Shown here one piece after another: positions 1 to 10,542 of a stretch of DNA of 64,000 nucleotides. Both the position numbers and the translations under genes were made by a program. The notes under the pieces are model-generated. The model was not told the DNA's origin and searched no databases. It saw only the letters and a list, made by a program, of their open reading frames with translations. The stretch lies in the NCBI RefSeq assembly GCF_006345805.1, contig NC_043003.1, positions 33,356,001-33,420,000 on the forward strand. Direction: 5' to 3'. Each line of letters starts with the position of its first letter. Positions within the stretch are counted from its first letter, which is position 1. This DNA is from Octopus sinensis. Lineage: Eukaryota.

Positions 1-391
1 CCAGTTTGATCACACTGTTGGCACCCTAGGAAAACTTTCTCAAAAGAGCATCGCGATTGGAGTCTAGTAGACAGAGACTGTGTGGGAGACGATCGTTCAA
101 ATCTCTCCGAAGTTAACTTAGGATACCGGATTTTTTATATTCCGAGGGCCAAACAAGTGCGGGGGCAAAAAGAGAGAGCGGGAGAGAGAGAGAGGGAGAG
201 AGAGAGAAAGAGAGAGATATTTTTTATTCTTCAAAATTTCTATAACAAGTATACGATACATAAAAGAATCCACCAAATCGTCGAACAAACGCCCCACAAG
301 AAAAGGGAGTAATAAAAATTTGTTCAACAAAAATACTAGGCTCAGGAGTGGCTGTGCGGTAAGTAGCTTCATTACCAATCACGTGGTTCCA

Positions 392-496
392 GGTTTAGTC
401 CCACTGTGTGGTACCTTGAGCAAGTCTCTTCTAGCCCTGGGCCGACCAAAGCCTTGTGAGTGGATTTGGTAGACGGAAACTTAAAGATTCCTGTCG

Positions 497-531
<35 letters not shown>

Positions 532-755
532 TATATATAGGTATGTATGTATAAAAATATATATAAAAATGCAAAATGGGACAAGAACGCAAAACATTCA
601 AATAGACGACGCAAAAGACGGACGGGTCATTCGAAGCCTCTAATCTTCAGTCAAGAACCGGATCATCCTCGCAATTACGGCTGATTAATCTTGCGATCGC
701 TCCGATCCGGCCGGCCCCAAGGAAAAACTAAGCTACGAGCATTAGATTTCTTTGA

Positions 756-802
<47 letters not shown>

Positions 803-974
803 TGTGTGTCTGTGCTTGTCCCCCCACCATCGCTTGACATCCAATGTTGGTGTGTTCACGTCCCCGGTTTAGTCCCACTGTGTGGTACCTTGAGCAAGTC
901 TCTTCTATTATAGCCCTGGCCGACCAAAGCCTTGTGAGTGGATTTGGTAGACGGAAACTTAAAGATTCCTGTCG

Positions 975-1011
<37 letters not shown>

Positions 1012-1226
1012 TAGGTATGTATAAAAAATATATATAAAAATGCAAAATGGGACAAGAACGCAAAACATTCAAATAGACGACGCAAAAAACGGACGGGTCA
1101 TTCGAAGCCTCTAATCTTCAGTCAAGAACCGGATCATCCTCGCAATTACGGCTGATTAATCTTGCGATCTCTCCGATCCGGCCGGCCCCAAGGAAAAACT
1201 AAGCTACGAGCATTAGATTTCTTGGA

Positions 1227-1261
<35 letters not shown>

Positions 1262-1324
1262 TGTGTGTCTGTGCTTGTCCCCCCACCATCGCTTGACATC
1301 CAATGTTGGTGTGTTCACGTCCCC
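392..1324 (+). repeat. Direct tandem duplication, ~474 bp + ~459 bp
   Basis: GGTTTAGTCCCACTG starts at both 392 and 866; the units match except for microsatellite lengths and small indels. Confidence 0.95.
565..756. repeat. Interspersed repeat fragment inserted in the SINE (AT)n tract (second copy ~1035-1228); possibly a Penelope-like terminal fragment
   Basis: Unique ~190-bp segment between (AT)n and (GT)n that is absent from other SINE copies in the window; family assignment is from recall only. Confidence 0.45.
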
Positions 1325-1759
1325 GTAACTTAGCGGTTCGGCTTAAGAGACCGATAAGATAAGTACTAAACTTACATAGAATAAGTCCTGGGGTCGATTT
1401 GTTCGACTAAAGGCGGTGCTCCACCATGGCTCCAGACAAATGACTGAAACAAATAAACAAAAGAACAAAATAACGCAAAAATACACACATAGTGACATAC
1501 CTTTTCTAGTGACACTACCGACATTGAACTATCACTTACACTGTTGTATATGATAAACAAAATTAAGGTTAAATTTCTGCGAATTTACTTCTCTCCTAAA
1601 ATGATGAGCAGTAAGAGAGTTCTTGGATTTGCATACCTTATGCAGTTAGATTGGATAAACTAATTACTGGACGCGAATATGATATAATGAACAGCAAAAG
1701 TGCTTGTATTAATTAGTAGTTATTTTTACAGTGACGTGAGTGAAAATGGTTCACTGCCT

Positions 1760-2380
1760 AACATTAATCAGATTCTGGAAACTCAAAGAGAAGACAACTC
1801 GGATACTTCAACTAAAGCAAGGTTTCTTAACAAAATATGGAACTTAAAACAAAGTAATAGTCACGGAAGGCAAGAAAAGAACAAAATTGCTTGGAAGCCC
1901 ATGCGAAGGTATTTTGGACACTGGTATTTAGTAGAAAACGAACCGTATATTTCCTCCGTTCGCGGAGCACAAATTCTTAGCTAGTTGATCCAATATAGTA
2001 CCAATCCCACAGGAAGTCGATTCCACTTGTTTCACAAACACAACGCCTGTTTCTAAATTTAAATCTATACTACACGAAGCAATTAAATACGCCTAAAACA
2101 ATACCTATATGAAAAACTCAGATAGTACTGTAACATAACAGTGTTAGTTGATAATGAAGAAGAATGATGAGCCATTCGACGTAAGTATGTAGTCTAACGA
2201 TTCCGCATAAACCACTGTTTTTATCTCCCAACACTACCTTCATGACAATCTCCCGGAAATGGCATATGCTGTATTAAAAAATGTTGGGCTTTTTCCTTTG
2301 GTTCGGAAGGCTAACTTTCAGCTTCGAATTTTTAAAAATGAAGGGTTTTCAATCAATATAGACACTACAAGCCTTCCTAC
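1760..2380 (+). pseudogene. Degenerate Penelope-like reverse transcriptase fragment
   Basis: Stop/frameshift-ridden translation gives MKKNDEPFDVSM*SNDSA (cf. PLE WxKK..FDVTMGSYDGA) and AVLKNVG...RIFKNEGFSINIDT (cf. DDGLAVLRN..G...IFKExGLxITI). Confidence 0.65.
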
Positions 2381-2520
2381 CTCGCAGTTGTGAACAGCTC
2401 AGTGTCGAGTGAGCTGATTAGCTTCTATGTTATAAGCATATGTAAGCACTCTAACCAGCATATCGAGTTCCATGTCAAATCATTTTTAAACAACTTAAAG
2501 CATATTGTATATATACACAA

Positions 2521-2733
2521 ACAACACACAATCACATACATACGCCCAGAAACACACACACACACACACTCACACACAAAATAGGAAATTGGAAATTTCT
2601 TGGGATTGTTCCTTCACCACTACACGTGTTTCATTTACTTGTAAGAACTCAGACCACATATTGGATTGTAATGATGGAATAAGCAGATGCGCTTCAAGAG
2701 GAAACAGCTGGGATTTACCTGAGATACCTACAC

Positions 2734-2795
<62 letters not shown>

Positions 2796-2836
2796 AGTGT
2801 GTGCGTGTGCATGTGTGTGTGTGTGTGTGTGTGTAT
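2521..2836. repeat. (AC)n and (GT)n microsatellites
   Basis: Direct inspection. Confidence 0.95.
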
Positions 2837-3611
2837 TGCAATTCTTATACTAATACGACGGGCATCTTCGCAGATTCTATCTAAGAATGTTCGCTACCGC
2901 AAACAATGGTCAGTAAGCTCGAGGTCACAGTAGAGACTACTTGCCAATATGCCAACTTGTCAATTTCCCAACTTGCTACACTGTGAACTGCCTCTATTTG
3001 ATCATAATAATCTCGTTAAAATTTTCTGACACAAATAGGACACACATTAAAGCGAATCGTAAGCGAATATAAAATGGATATTAATCTTTGACCGACTATT
3101 TGGCTAATAAAATGGCAATTATTATCAATTTAATTTATTCAAATAAATGAAGTAATAATATTGCCTTTTAATCCTATAGCCTAGGTTCAGTTAGAAAACA
3201 TTTTTTTTAGCATTAAATTTATATTAAATTTGAAAAATTAATCTGGTCTCCCACAATATCTATTTCAGATATAATAATTCTGTGGTTGTACATTTAACGA
3301 CTGCGCAGAATTTTGCTAACTAAAAGGAAAACTGCTAAAAGGATTTATTCTTTTCTTTAATTAATGCTTTATGTGCGTACGCTTATGTGTGTTTGTACAT
3401 TAGAGTGTGTGTGTGTATGTGTGTTGGATTCTCGTATTGTATATGGTTGTATGTGACTTGGAGATATCTCCTAGTAAAATCTTAGGTTCTGACGTAGAGA
3501 AACTTTGGAAATGCGTGTAACTGAATCAACTCACGAAACAACTGAGCGTCGTAGTGAATTTATTTCTCGCAAGCGGCAAGTCCATAGTAAAGCTCATGTT
3601 GCAATTTTAGT

Positions 3612-3702
3612 ACACACACACACACTCAAAAGCATATACACAAACGTATATATAAAGCCAAATACATGAATATGTGTATATGTGCATGTATACCTAAAAG
3701 TT

Positions 3703-3742
<40 letters not shown>

Positions 3743-3900
3743 ATATAATATTATAATATATATTATGTATACACACACACACGCACCACACACACACTCA
3801 AAAGCATATACACAAACGTATATTGTTTATGAAGTCAAATACATGAATACGTGTATATGTGGCATGTATACCAAAATGTTTATCTCTCTCTCTATATATA
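3612..3900 (+). repeat. Diverged ~175-bp tandem duplication in microsatellite context
   Basis: CACTCAAAAGCATATACACAAACGTATA...AAATACATGAATA...GCATGTATACC occurs starting near 3612 and again near 3788. Confidence 0.85.
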
Positions 3901-3969
3901 TATATATGTATATATATTATGTATATATATTATATATATGATATATATATATAGTATATTATATACAAC

Positions 3970-4022
<53 letters not shown>

Positions 4023-5071
4023 AGTAACCAACCAAGGAAAAGAACTCCTTCAAGAGGTGTGTAAAGCATCCAATTCACTGGTGAGTCGGTTGAATACTAC
4101 ATAAATATGGGTGTAATGTGAATTACAAACAATAAATTAAATAGAGAGATACACCTGACAATCCAATAATATACTATGAATATAATATAATATGATATAG
4201 CATAAACAATTAATTAAACGACCTAAAAACCAACATTTTCTTACGACTTATATAGATTTTTTCATATATAAACAATTCATGTCCCTAATATATAAGTCAC
4301 ATCAGGGCGGGGTGTGTAGATAAACGAAATTCCTTGTGAAATAATTGCCTATGTATTATGAGCGTGGGCATTAGTCATTCAACTACATATCAATTACATT
4401 AAAAATTTAAAAGACAACAAAATTATAACGGACAAAATAATTAAGTAAGTAGAATCTTCAACTATCGAAATATATATCTATATATCTCAAATAGTATCAG
4501 TCCAAACACGTTTATGTCTAAGACAATCTTTCGCTATTGTAATAACATACAACGATAATATATATGTATATAATTAAGTATCAGGGTCTTACTTAACCTA
4601 TAAACTGTAATAAAACATGCAAAAAGATATAATGATAATTATATTTTTAATATATAATGACACTTCTATTCATTTAAATTATTGATATAGAAATGTTGTT
4701 TAAAATAACTAATAAAAGTGTTCTGTATTCATTGTTTATCGAAGGGAGAATTCCGTAATAAATATGAAGAGAAATTTAGAGCTACAAACACTATTACAAA
4801 AATACCCCATACTTCTAAAAAACTACTAATATTGTGGCTTCGAATTCCACGCGTACGGGAAAGGCTACTTTTTTTTCTCTCGAGGGCTTATATGCCCCAT
4901 TATTAGACTATTTTCATCAGTCATTTCCACGGTGATCGCTCTAAGCTTTAAGCTTATATAAACATACCATTATTATTTTTTACAGAATTGTAAAACTCGA
5001 TACTGCTTAACAAAACCATTCACACCGAAATATATATATATATACATATATACACATATAGATATACATAT

Positions 5072-6425
5072 ATAAACAAACATATATACGAAGGCAGTAT
5101 TTTATATACAGGTCGTAATCAGTGTTTTAAATTCCCATCTAGACATGATGACAATAGTAAATATAATTGCCATTTAACATGCGCGTGCGTGGTTGTATCT
5201 GAATGCGCCTGAAAGTGGGCGAGTCAACACAAATATATCCCGAATACAAATGCACACACACACACAAATTCGCTCAATAGGACATTGGCAGATTTTGTAT
5301 GGCGACTGAAGGAGGATAAAACGAAATACAGCATTAATTGGCCATAGTAAGGTATGCGAAACCATACAATATAATTTCCAGGAGATGCCGTCTCTGTTCA
5401 GAAGAATCCCTGTCTATTCTGTGGACTAACGAGAAGATAATTAATAGAATTTATGAACGACTATCTACACGCATATAAATATACTTTCGCACAATGCAGT
5501 GAGAATGAATTTTGAGTAACCGTTAACTTAACTTAATTTACTTTAAGGTATGGATGACTTAAGTTTACTTTTAACCTCTCCATTCTTATAAACACCGAGT
5601 TGATAAATAACTTGCTTCGTGATCATGAGTGCACCAAACCTCACGTGTGCGGATGCTCACATTTTTGCGGATGCTTGAACGAGCGAGTGTACTCGCGCCA
5701 AGCAGCCTGCTCGAGAGCGTTTACACATCCATACCTGTTAACGGTTATTTCTAATACTCTTTTCGCTGGATTGCGTGTTCGTTTCTCCTTTTGTCGTCTG
5801 TTATTATTATTTTTCATCTTCTATATAAATGAAGATATTTCACCCGTCTGGCCGCTTTTCTCTCTACAAAACAGATGATTACATTGCGGAACAGTCATTT
5901 TAACGAGTTGTATTTATTTATCACCCGAAGAGGTATATCTGCACTACTGGATGCTCCTGAACCAGTTGTTGAGTGTCTCACCCAAAAGGAATCGATGCTA
6001 GATGTGTCGAAACAACTGTCGTGATTAATAATAAATTCTCGTATATTCCATCTTCTGTCTTACGACGTGTTTCTTTCAGTTTCAGTCTAACAAATTCACT
6101 CACAAGGCTTTGGTCGACCCGAGGCTATAGTAGAAGACATTTGCGCAAGGTGCCACGCAGTGGGACTGAACCCGAAACCATGTGGTTGGAAACTATATAT
6201 TTGTGTGTGTGTATGTGTGTGTGTGTGTGTGTACGTGCGCGCATTTGTATTCGGGATATATTCGTATGTTGATGCACCTACTTTCCGATGCACTCAGATA
6301 CACCCACGCATGCGCATATTAAATGGTAAATGTATTTACTATTGTCATCATGTCTAGATGGGAATTCAAAACACTACTTACGGCCTATATATAAGATATT
6401 GCCTTCGTATACGTGTTTGTTTTAT
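5072..6425. mobile_element. Long inverted-repeat (foldback/MITE-like) structure with ~200-bp arms
   Basis: 5072-5270 is the reverse complement of 6199-6425, including a perfect 34-bp stretch AATTCCCATCTAGACATGATGACAATAGTAAATA (5130-5163). Confidence 0.75.
6065..6192 (-). mobile_element. SINE 5' head fragment
   Basis: Reverse complement of CCACATGGTTTCGGGTTCAGTCCCACTGCGTGGCACCTTGCGCAAATGTCTTCTACTATAGCCTCGGG, matching the 339 element. Confidence 0.85.
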
Positions 6426-7139
6426 GATAGTAAAAATATATTAGATATACAGAGATTATTAGACATACAGAGTTTATTGTATGTTGTCATACATAAGTGA
6501 AAATAAATATAGGCGATTAGTCCAATCTAATAATACATGTAACATTATGAATATATGGATATGATCACGTATAGGAATGCGTGGGTGCCTATATGTGAGT
6601 GTGTGTGCGTATGTGCGTGTGCGCGTGTTTGTGTGGGTGTGTATGTATATTCATGTATGTATGTATGTATGTATGTATATATGTATGTATGTTTGTATGC
6701 ATGTATGTAAGCATGTATGCATGTATGTTTGTTTGTTTGCTTTTTTGTATGTATGTATGTATTGGTTTGTTTCTACATATGTATGAATCCATGCATATGC
6801 ATATCGAGTTTCGGGAATTCTACACTCTTTACTGTAGGAAAGTACTCAGATGCAGAAGTAAAGTGCAAAATGAGAATATCAAACTGTAAATTCCATTCCT
6901 GTATATACAATTCCGTGAGACAAGTAGAAGTATCCATCAGCTATATGTGTGAAACAGCGACTGCTATTTTGACATAGTCAACATTTTTTCTTGCATTTTC
7001 TGCTTTCTAAGACTTCAGTTTTAATTTTGACTTCAGTTCCTTAGCCTCTGTCTTCTACAAAATATTGGCATCCTTTCTGTCTCGGGAGACAATGGAGTTG
7101 CACATGTTTACTTTTTTTTTTTTTTTTTTGTAGTCTAGT

Positions 7140-7239
7140 NNNNNNNNNNNNNNNNNNNNNNNNNNNNNNNNNNNNNNNNNNNNNNNNNNNNNNNNNNNNN
7201 NNNNNNNNNNNNNNNNNNNNNNNNNNNNNNNNNNNNNNN
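7140..7239. other. Assembly gap (100 N)
   Basis: Run of exactly 100 N, i.e. a placeholder gap of unknown true size. Confidence 1.
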
Positions 7240-7366
7240 AGTAATACACGTGCATTTACATGCACACAGAGATACACACACACACGCACATTATTTTGTG
7301 TATGAGTCTGGTTGGGAAGCACAGATATTACTTAGAAGTCACACCTGCACCCATACCTACACACGG

Positions 7367-7716
7367 GTGTTATCGTGATCGTGTTTATTCCACCCAAGCC
7401 CAACCAATGACAAACAGTGTTCTTTTGTTTGCTTCCCCGTAATTTAACAGTTCTGCAAAAAAGAGAATAAAATACTTTTTCATTATTAGTTTCACCTCTA
7501 GAGCTGCGGCCATGCTGGGGGCGCAGTTGTTATTTTAAAATTTGCTACAATTCAACAGCAGTGCCCCAGCTTGGTTGCAGCTCTAGAGGTGAAACTAGTA
7601 AAGAAAAAAGTATTCTCTTCTCATTTGCAGACCTGCTAAATTACAGATATGCAAACAGAAGGACACTATTTGTCATTCGTTGGGCGTAGGTAGGGTAAAC
7701 ACAATCACGATAACAC
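7367..7716. repeat. ~350-bp imperfect palindrome (arms ~155 bp, short loop) built from SINE-like segments
   Basis: 7367-7524 is the reverse complement of 7561-7716 (e.g. TAGTTTCACCTCTAGAGCTGC / GCAGCTCTAGAGGTGAAACTA). Confidence 0.9.
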
Positions 7717-7730
7717 ACATGTATACATAT

Positions 7731-7865
7731 ATATTTCTTTACTATCCACAAGGGGCTTAACATAGAGGGAACAAACGAGGACAGATAAAGGGATTAAGTT
7801 GATTACATCGACCCCAGTGCGAAACTTGTACTTTATTTATCGACCCCGAAAGGATGAAAGGCAAA
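7731..7865 (-). mobile_element. SINE (second family) 3' part
   Basis: Matches the 36400-36632 copy (TATTTCTTT...ACATAGAGGG...GATTACATCGACCCCAGTGCG...CGAAAGGATGAAAGG). Confidence 0.85.
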
Positions 7866-8057
7866 TATTGGCGCAAATGTGCTTTCGGAGCCAGATCTTT
7901 GCTTCGAAGCCACACGTTTCCGGGTTCAGTTCTCCTATGTCACACATTGAAAAAGTGCCACCCATCTACTGGAGTCGTTCAAAGAACTGTGAGTGGATTT
8001 GATAGGTGGAAACTGCATGAAGCCCGTTGAATATATATATATATATATATGTATATG

Positions 8058-8095
<38 letters not shown>

Positions 8096-8110
8096 TGTGG
8101 CTGTTTCTGT
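7866..8110 (+). mobile_element. Diverged SINE copy (first family)
   Basis: CCACACGTTTCCGGGTTCAGTTC...GTGAGTGGATTTGATAGGTGGAAACTG followed by (AT)n(GT)n. Confidence 0.7.
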
Positions 8111-8328
8111 ATATTTCTGTAAGTGGGTGTTTTGGGGTCGATAAAATATATACTAGTTGAACACTAGGGTCAATGAGCCCGACTTACTCATCCCCTAAAA
8201 TTGCTGGACCTGTGCCAAAATTTGAAACCAATACTAATAACTCATATTAGTTAAATAGAGTATAATTATTGATAGAAAAATACAACTATTACATTATACT
8301 GTTTAGATCATTATATCTACACACCAAT

Positions 8329-8545
8329 GTGGCGAATTGACAGAATCGTTAGTACGCAGGTTAAAATGCTTAGCGCATTTTCGTCCAACTCTTTACGTTC
8401 TGAGTTTAAAATCTACCGAGATCGACCTTTGACTTTCATCCTTGCGGTGTCGATAAAATATATACTATTAGAATATTAAGGTTACTGATAATGACTAACC
8501 CCTTTCCCAGCCAAAAAATTCAGGCTTTGTGCTTATAGTAGAAAA
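8329..8545 (+). mobile_element. Diverged SINE (second family)
   Basis: GGCGAATTGACAGAATCGTTAG...TACGTTCTGAGTTTAAAATCTACCGAGATCGACC, reverse-complement match to 36400-36632. Confidence 0.75.
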
Positions 8546-9146
8546 ATTATATCTACACCCTAAATTCAAATTTCATGTTACTGACTTTAATTTTTCATAG
8601 GTTTAGATGGGCGATGCACAACTTATTTTCTACTCTAAAATCTATGAACGTCTTCAATATTTCTGCCTAAATTAATATCTGCTTTATGTGTTAAAAATTG
8701 CAGTATCGGGAGAACAATACTTTTGTTCTTTCGTGTATATAAAGCGCACAAACATGAGATCATTCCATATTATTTCATACCTGTCTTGTAACCAAATAAC
8801 TAGAATCACTATTAATATTACATTTTATTGGCGACAAGTATAGCCAAAAATCTAGAATTTACATTATTCTATTTATGATAAGTCGATAATAGGTAGTTTC
8901 TCATAGACATAGTATGACTATATGCAGATAAGTATCTGTTGTAAAAACTATGTAGAAAGAGAAAAGCTTTCCAGTTGAACTGCTTAAAACAGAGAGAAAG
9001 CACCCAAAGGTTATTTGATATATCAGGTTTTGTATTTGGCTTAACACATATTCAGGAGATATATAGAGAAATATTGGAAAGAAATACTTTCACTGGGCTG
9101 TAACATAACAATATATACTGATATACGAACACTCTACGCACACAAC

Positions 9147-9210
9147 ACCCATACATATGCATCCATATATATATATATATATATATATATATGGATGCAT
9201 ATGTATGGGT
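9147..9210. repeat. Perfect 64-bp palindrome centred on (AT)n at the array boundary
   Basis: ACCCATACATATGCATCC-(AT)n-GGATGCATATGTATGGGT. Confidence 0.97.
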
Positions 9211-9346
9211 TCCGTAATGGAATCGGCGGCTTATATTTATTTGCTGCCGATAAATTTGGCGCGAGTGCGATGATTTGAAAATTTTAGGTCAGATTGCCGA
9301 GGCAGGGACAGACGTGCCTCGTGAAAATATCTGTTCCGATCTGGCT

Positions 9347-9451
9347 ATTTCTACTGACGATCTAAGGGCCTATGGAAGATTGGCTTGATTTAATTTAATC
9401 AGGTTAGTTTACCATTAAACAGTAGATGAAACGGTGCATCGTATAAGAAAT
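9347..9451 (+). ncRNA. Type I hammerhead ribozyme, copy 1 (two single-base deletions)
   Basis: ATTTCTA-CTGACGA-TCTA...TAGAT-GAAA-CGGTGCATCG-TA-TAAGAAAT; lacks one T of stem I and the first A of stem II relative to copies 2 and 3. Confidence 0.65.
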
Positions 9452-9828
9452 TACAGGGTAAATGTTTTTTTAATTTTCTCCTGGTTTGCGGAATTAATGT
9501 TATTTTGCGGTTGAAGCTTGGCTGTTATTTCTAGTGGGTGAATGGCCTATTATGGCCGTTCCTTGACTGTGATGTTGAACTTATAAATGGTCTATGACTA
9601 TTTAATTTTTTCCCACTAGGCCGCTGGTGACAAAAAATTCTACAAAATTTTTTGCCACCCTATATTGATTAATTATGAATTTTCTGGTTGATTCCGTAAT
9701 GGAATCGGCGGCTTATTTTATTTGCTGCGATAAATTTGGCGCGAGTGCGATGATTTGAAAATTTTAGGTCAGATATTGCCGAGGCAGGGACAGACGTGCC
9801 TCGTGAAAATATCTGTTCCGATCTGGCT

Positions 9829-9934
9829 ATTTCTTACTGACGAATCTAAGGGCCTATGGAAGATTGGCTGATTTAATTTAATCAGGTTAGTTTACCATTA
9901 AACAGTAGATGAAACGGTGCATCGTATAAGAAAT
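9829..9934 (+). ncRNA. Type I hammerhead ribozyme, copy 2
   Basis: Stem I ATTTCTTA (9829-36)/TAAGAAAT (9927-34); core CTGACGA (9837-43); stem II ATCTA (9844-48)/TAGAT (9906-10); GAAA (9911-14); stem III CGGTGCATCG; GUA triplet with predicted cleavage after 9926. Confidence 0.88.
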
Positions 9935-10314
9935 TACAGGGTAAACGGTTTTTAATTTTCTCCTGGTTTGCGGAATTAATGTTATTTTGCGGTTGAAGCT
10001 TTGGCTGTTATTTCTAGTGGGTGAATGGCCTATTATGGCCGTTCCTTGATTGTGATGTTGAACTTATAAATGGTCTATGACTATTTAATTTTTTCCCACT
10101 AGGCCGCTGGTGACAAAAAAATTCTACAAAATTTTTTGCCACCCTATATTGATTAATTATGAATTTTCTGGTTGATTCCGTAATGGAATCGGCGGCTTAT
10201 ATTTATTTGCTGCCGATAAATTTGGCGCGAGTGCGATGATTTGAAAATTTTAGGTCAGATATTGCCGAGGCAGGGACAGACGTGCCTCGTGAAAATATCT
10301 GTTCCGATCTGGCT

Positions 10315-10421
10315 ATTTCTTACTGACGAATCTAAGGGCCTATGGAAGATTGGCTTGATTTAATTTAATCAGGTTAGTTTACCATTAAACAGTAGATGAA
10401 ACGGTGCATCGTATAAGAAAT
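10315..10421 (+). ncRNA. Type I hammerhead ribozyme, copy 3
   Basis: Same architecture: stem I 10315-22/10414-21, CTGACGA 10323-29, stem II 10330-34/10393-97, GAAA 10398-401, predicted cleavage after 10413. Confidence 0.88.
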
Positions 10422-10542
10422 TACAGGGTAAACGTTTTTTTAATTTTCTCCTGGTTTGCGGAATTAATGTTATTTTGCGGTTGAAGCTTTGGCTGTTATT
10501 TCTAGTGGGTGAATGGCCTATTATGGCCGTTCCTTGATTGTG

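Larger units (their letters stand above)
339..1470 (+). mobile_element. tRNA-derived SINE (octopus-type), internally duplicated and carrying an inserted repeat
   Basis: Head GGCTCAGGAGTGGCTGTGCGGTAAG (A-box-like) and GGTTTAGTCCC (B-box-like), CORE-like ACCTTGAGCAAGT, (AT)n/(GT)n middle, tail GGCGGTGCTCCACCATGGC...TGACTGAAACAA. The same modules recur at 6065, 7866, 32570, 34390, 52370 and 58305. Confidence 0.85.

Noticed and set aside
1-330. Possible promoter or 5' UTR (ATTGG, GA-rich tract)
   Set aside because: Short common motifs with no linked gene in the window.
615-660. Minus-strand CTGAAGA...GAAT hammerhead-like motif in the repeat nested in the first SINE
   Set aside because: GAAA is GAAT and no stem I can be formed with the downstream sequence.
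9737-9825. Possible Pol III A box (TGGCGCGAGTG) and B box (GTTCCGATC) in the array monomer
   Set aside because: Both are imperfect and several T4+ runs would terminate Pol III within the monomer.
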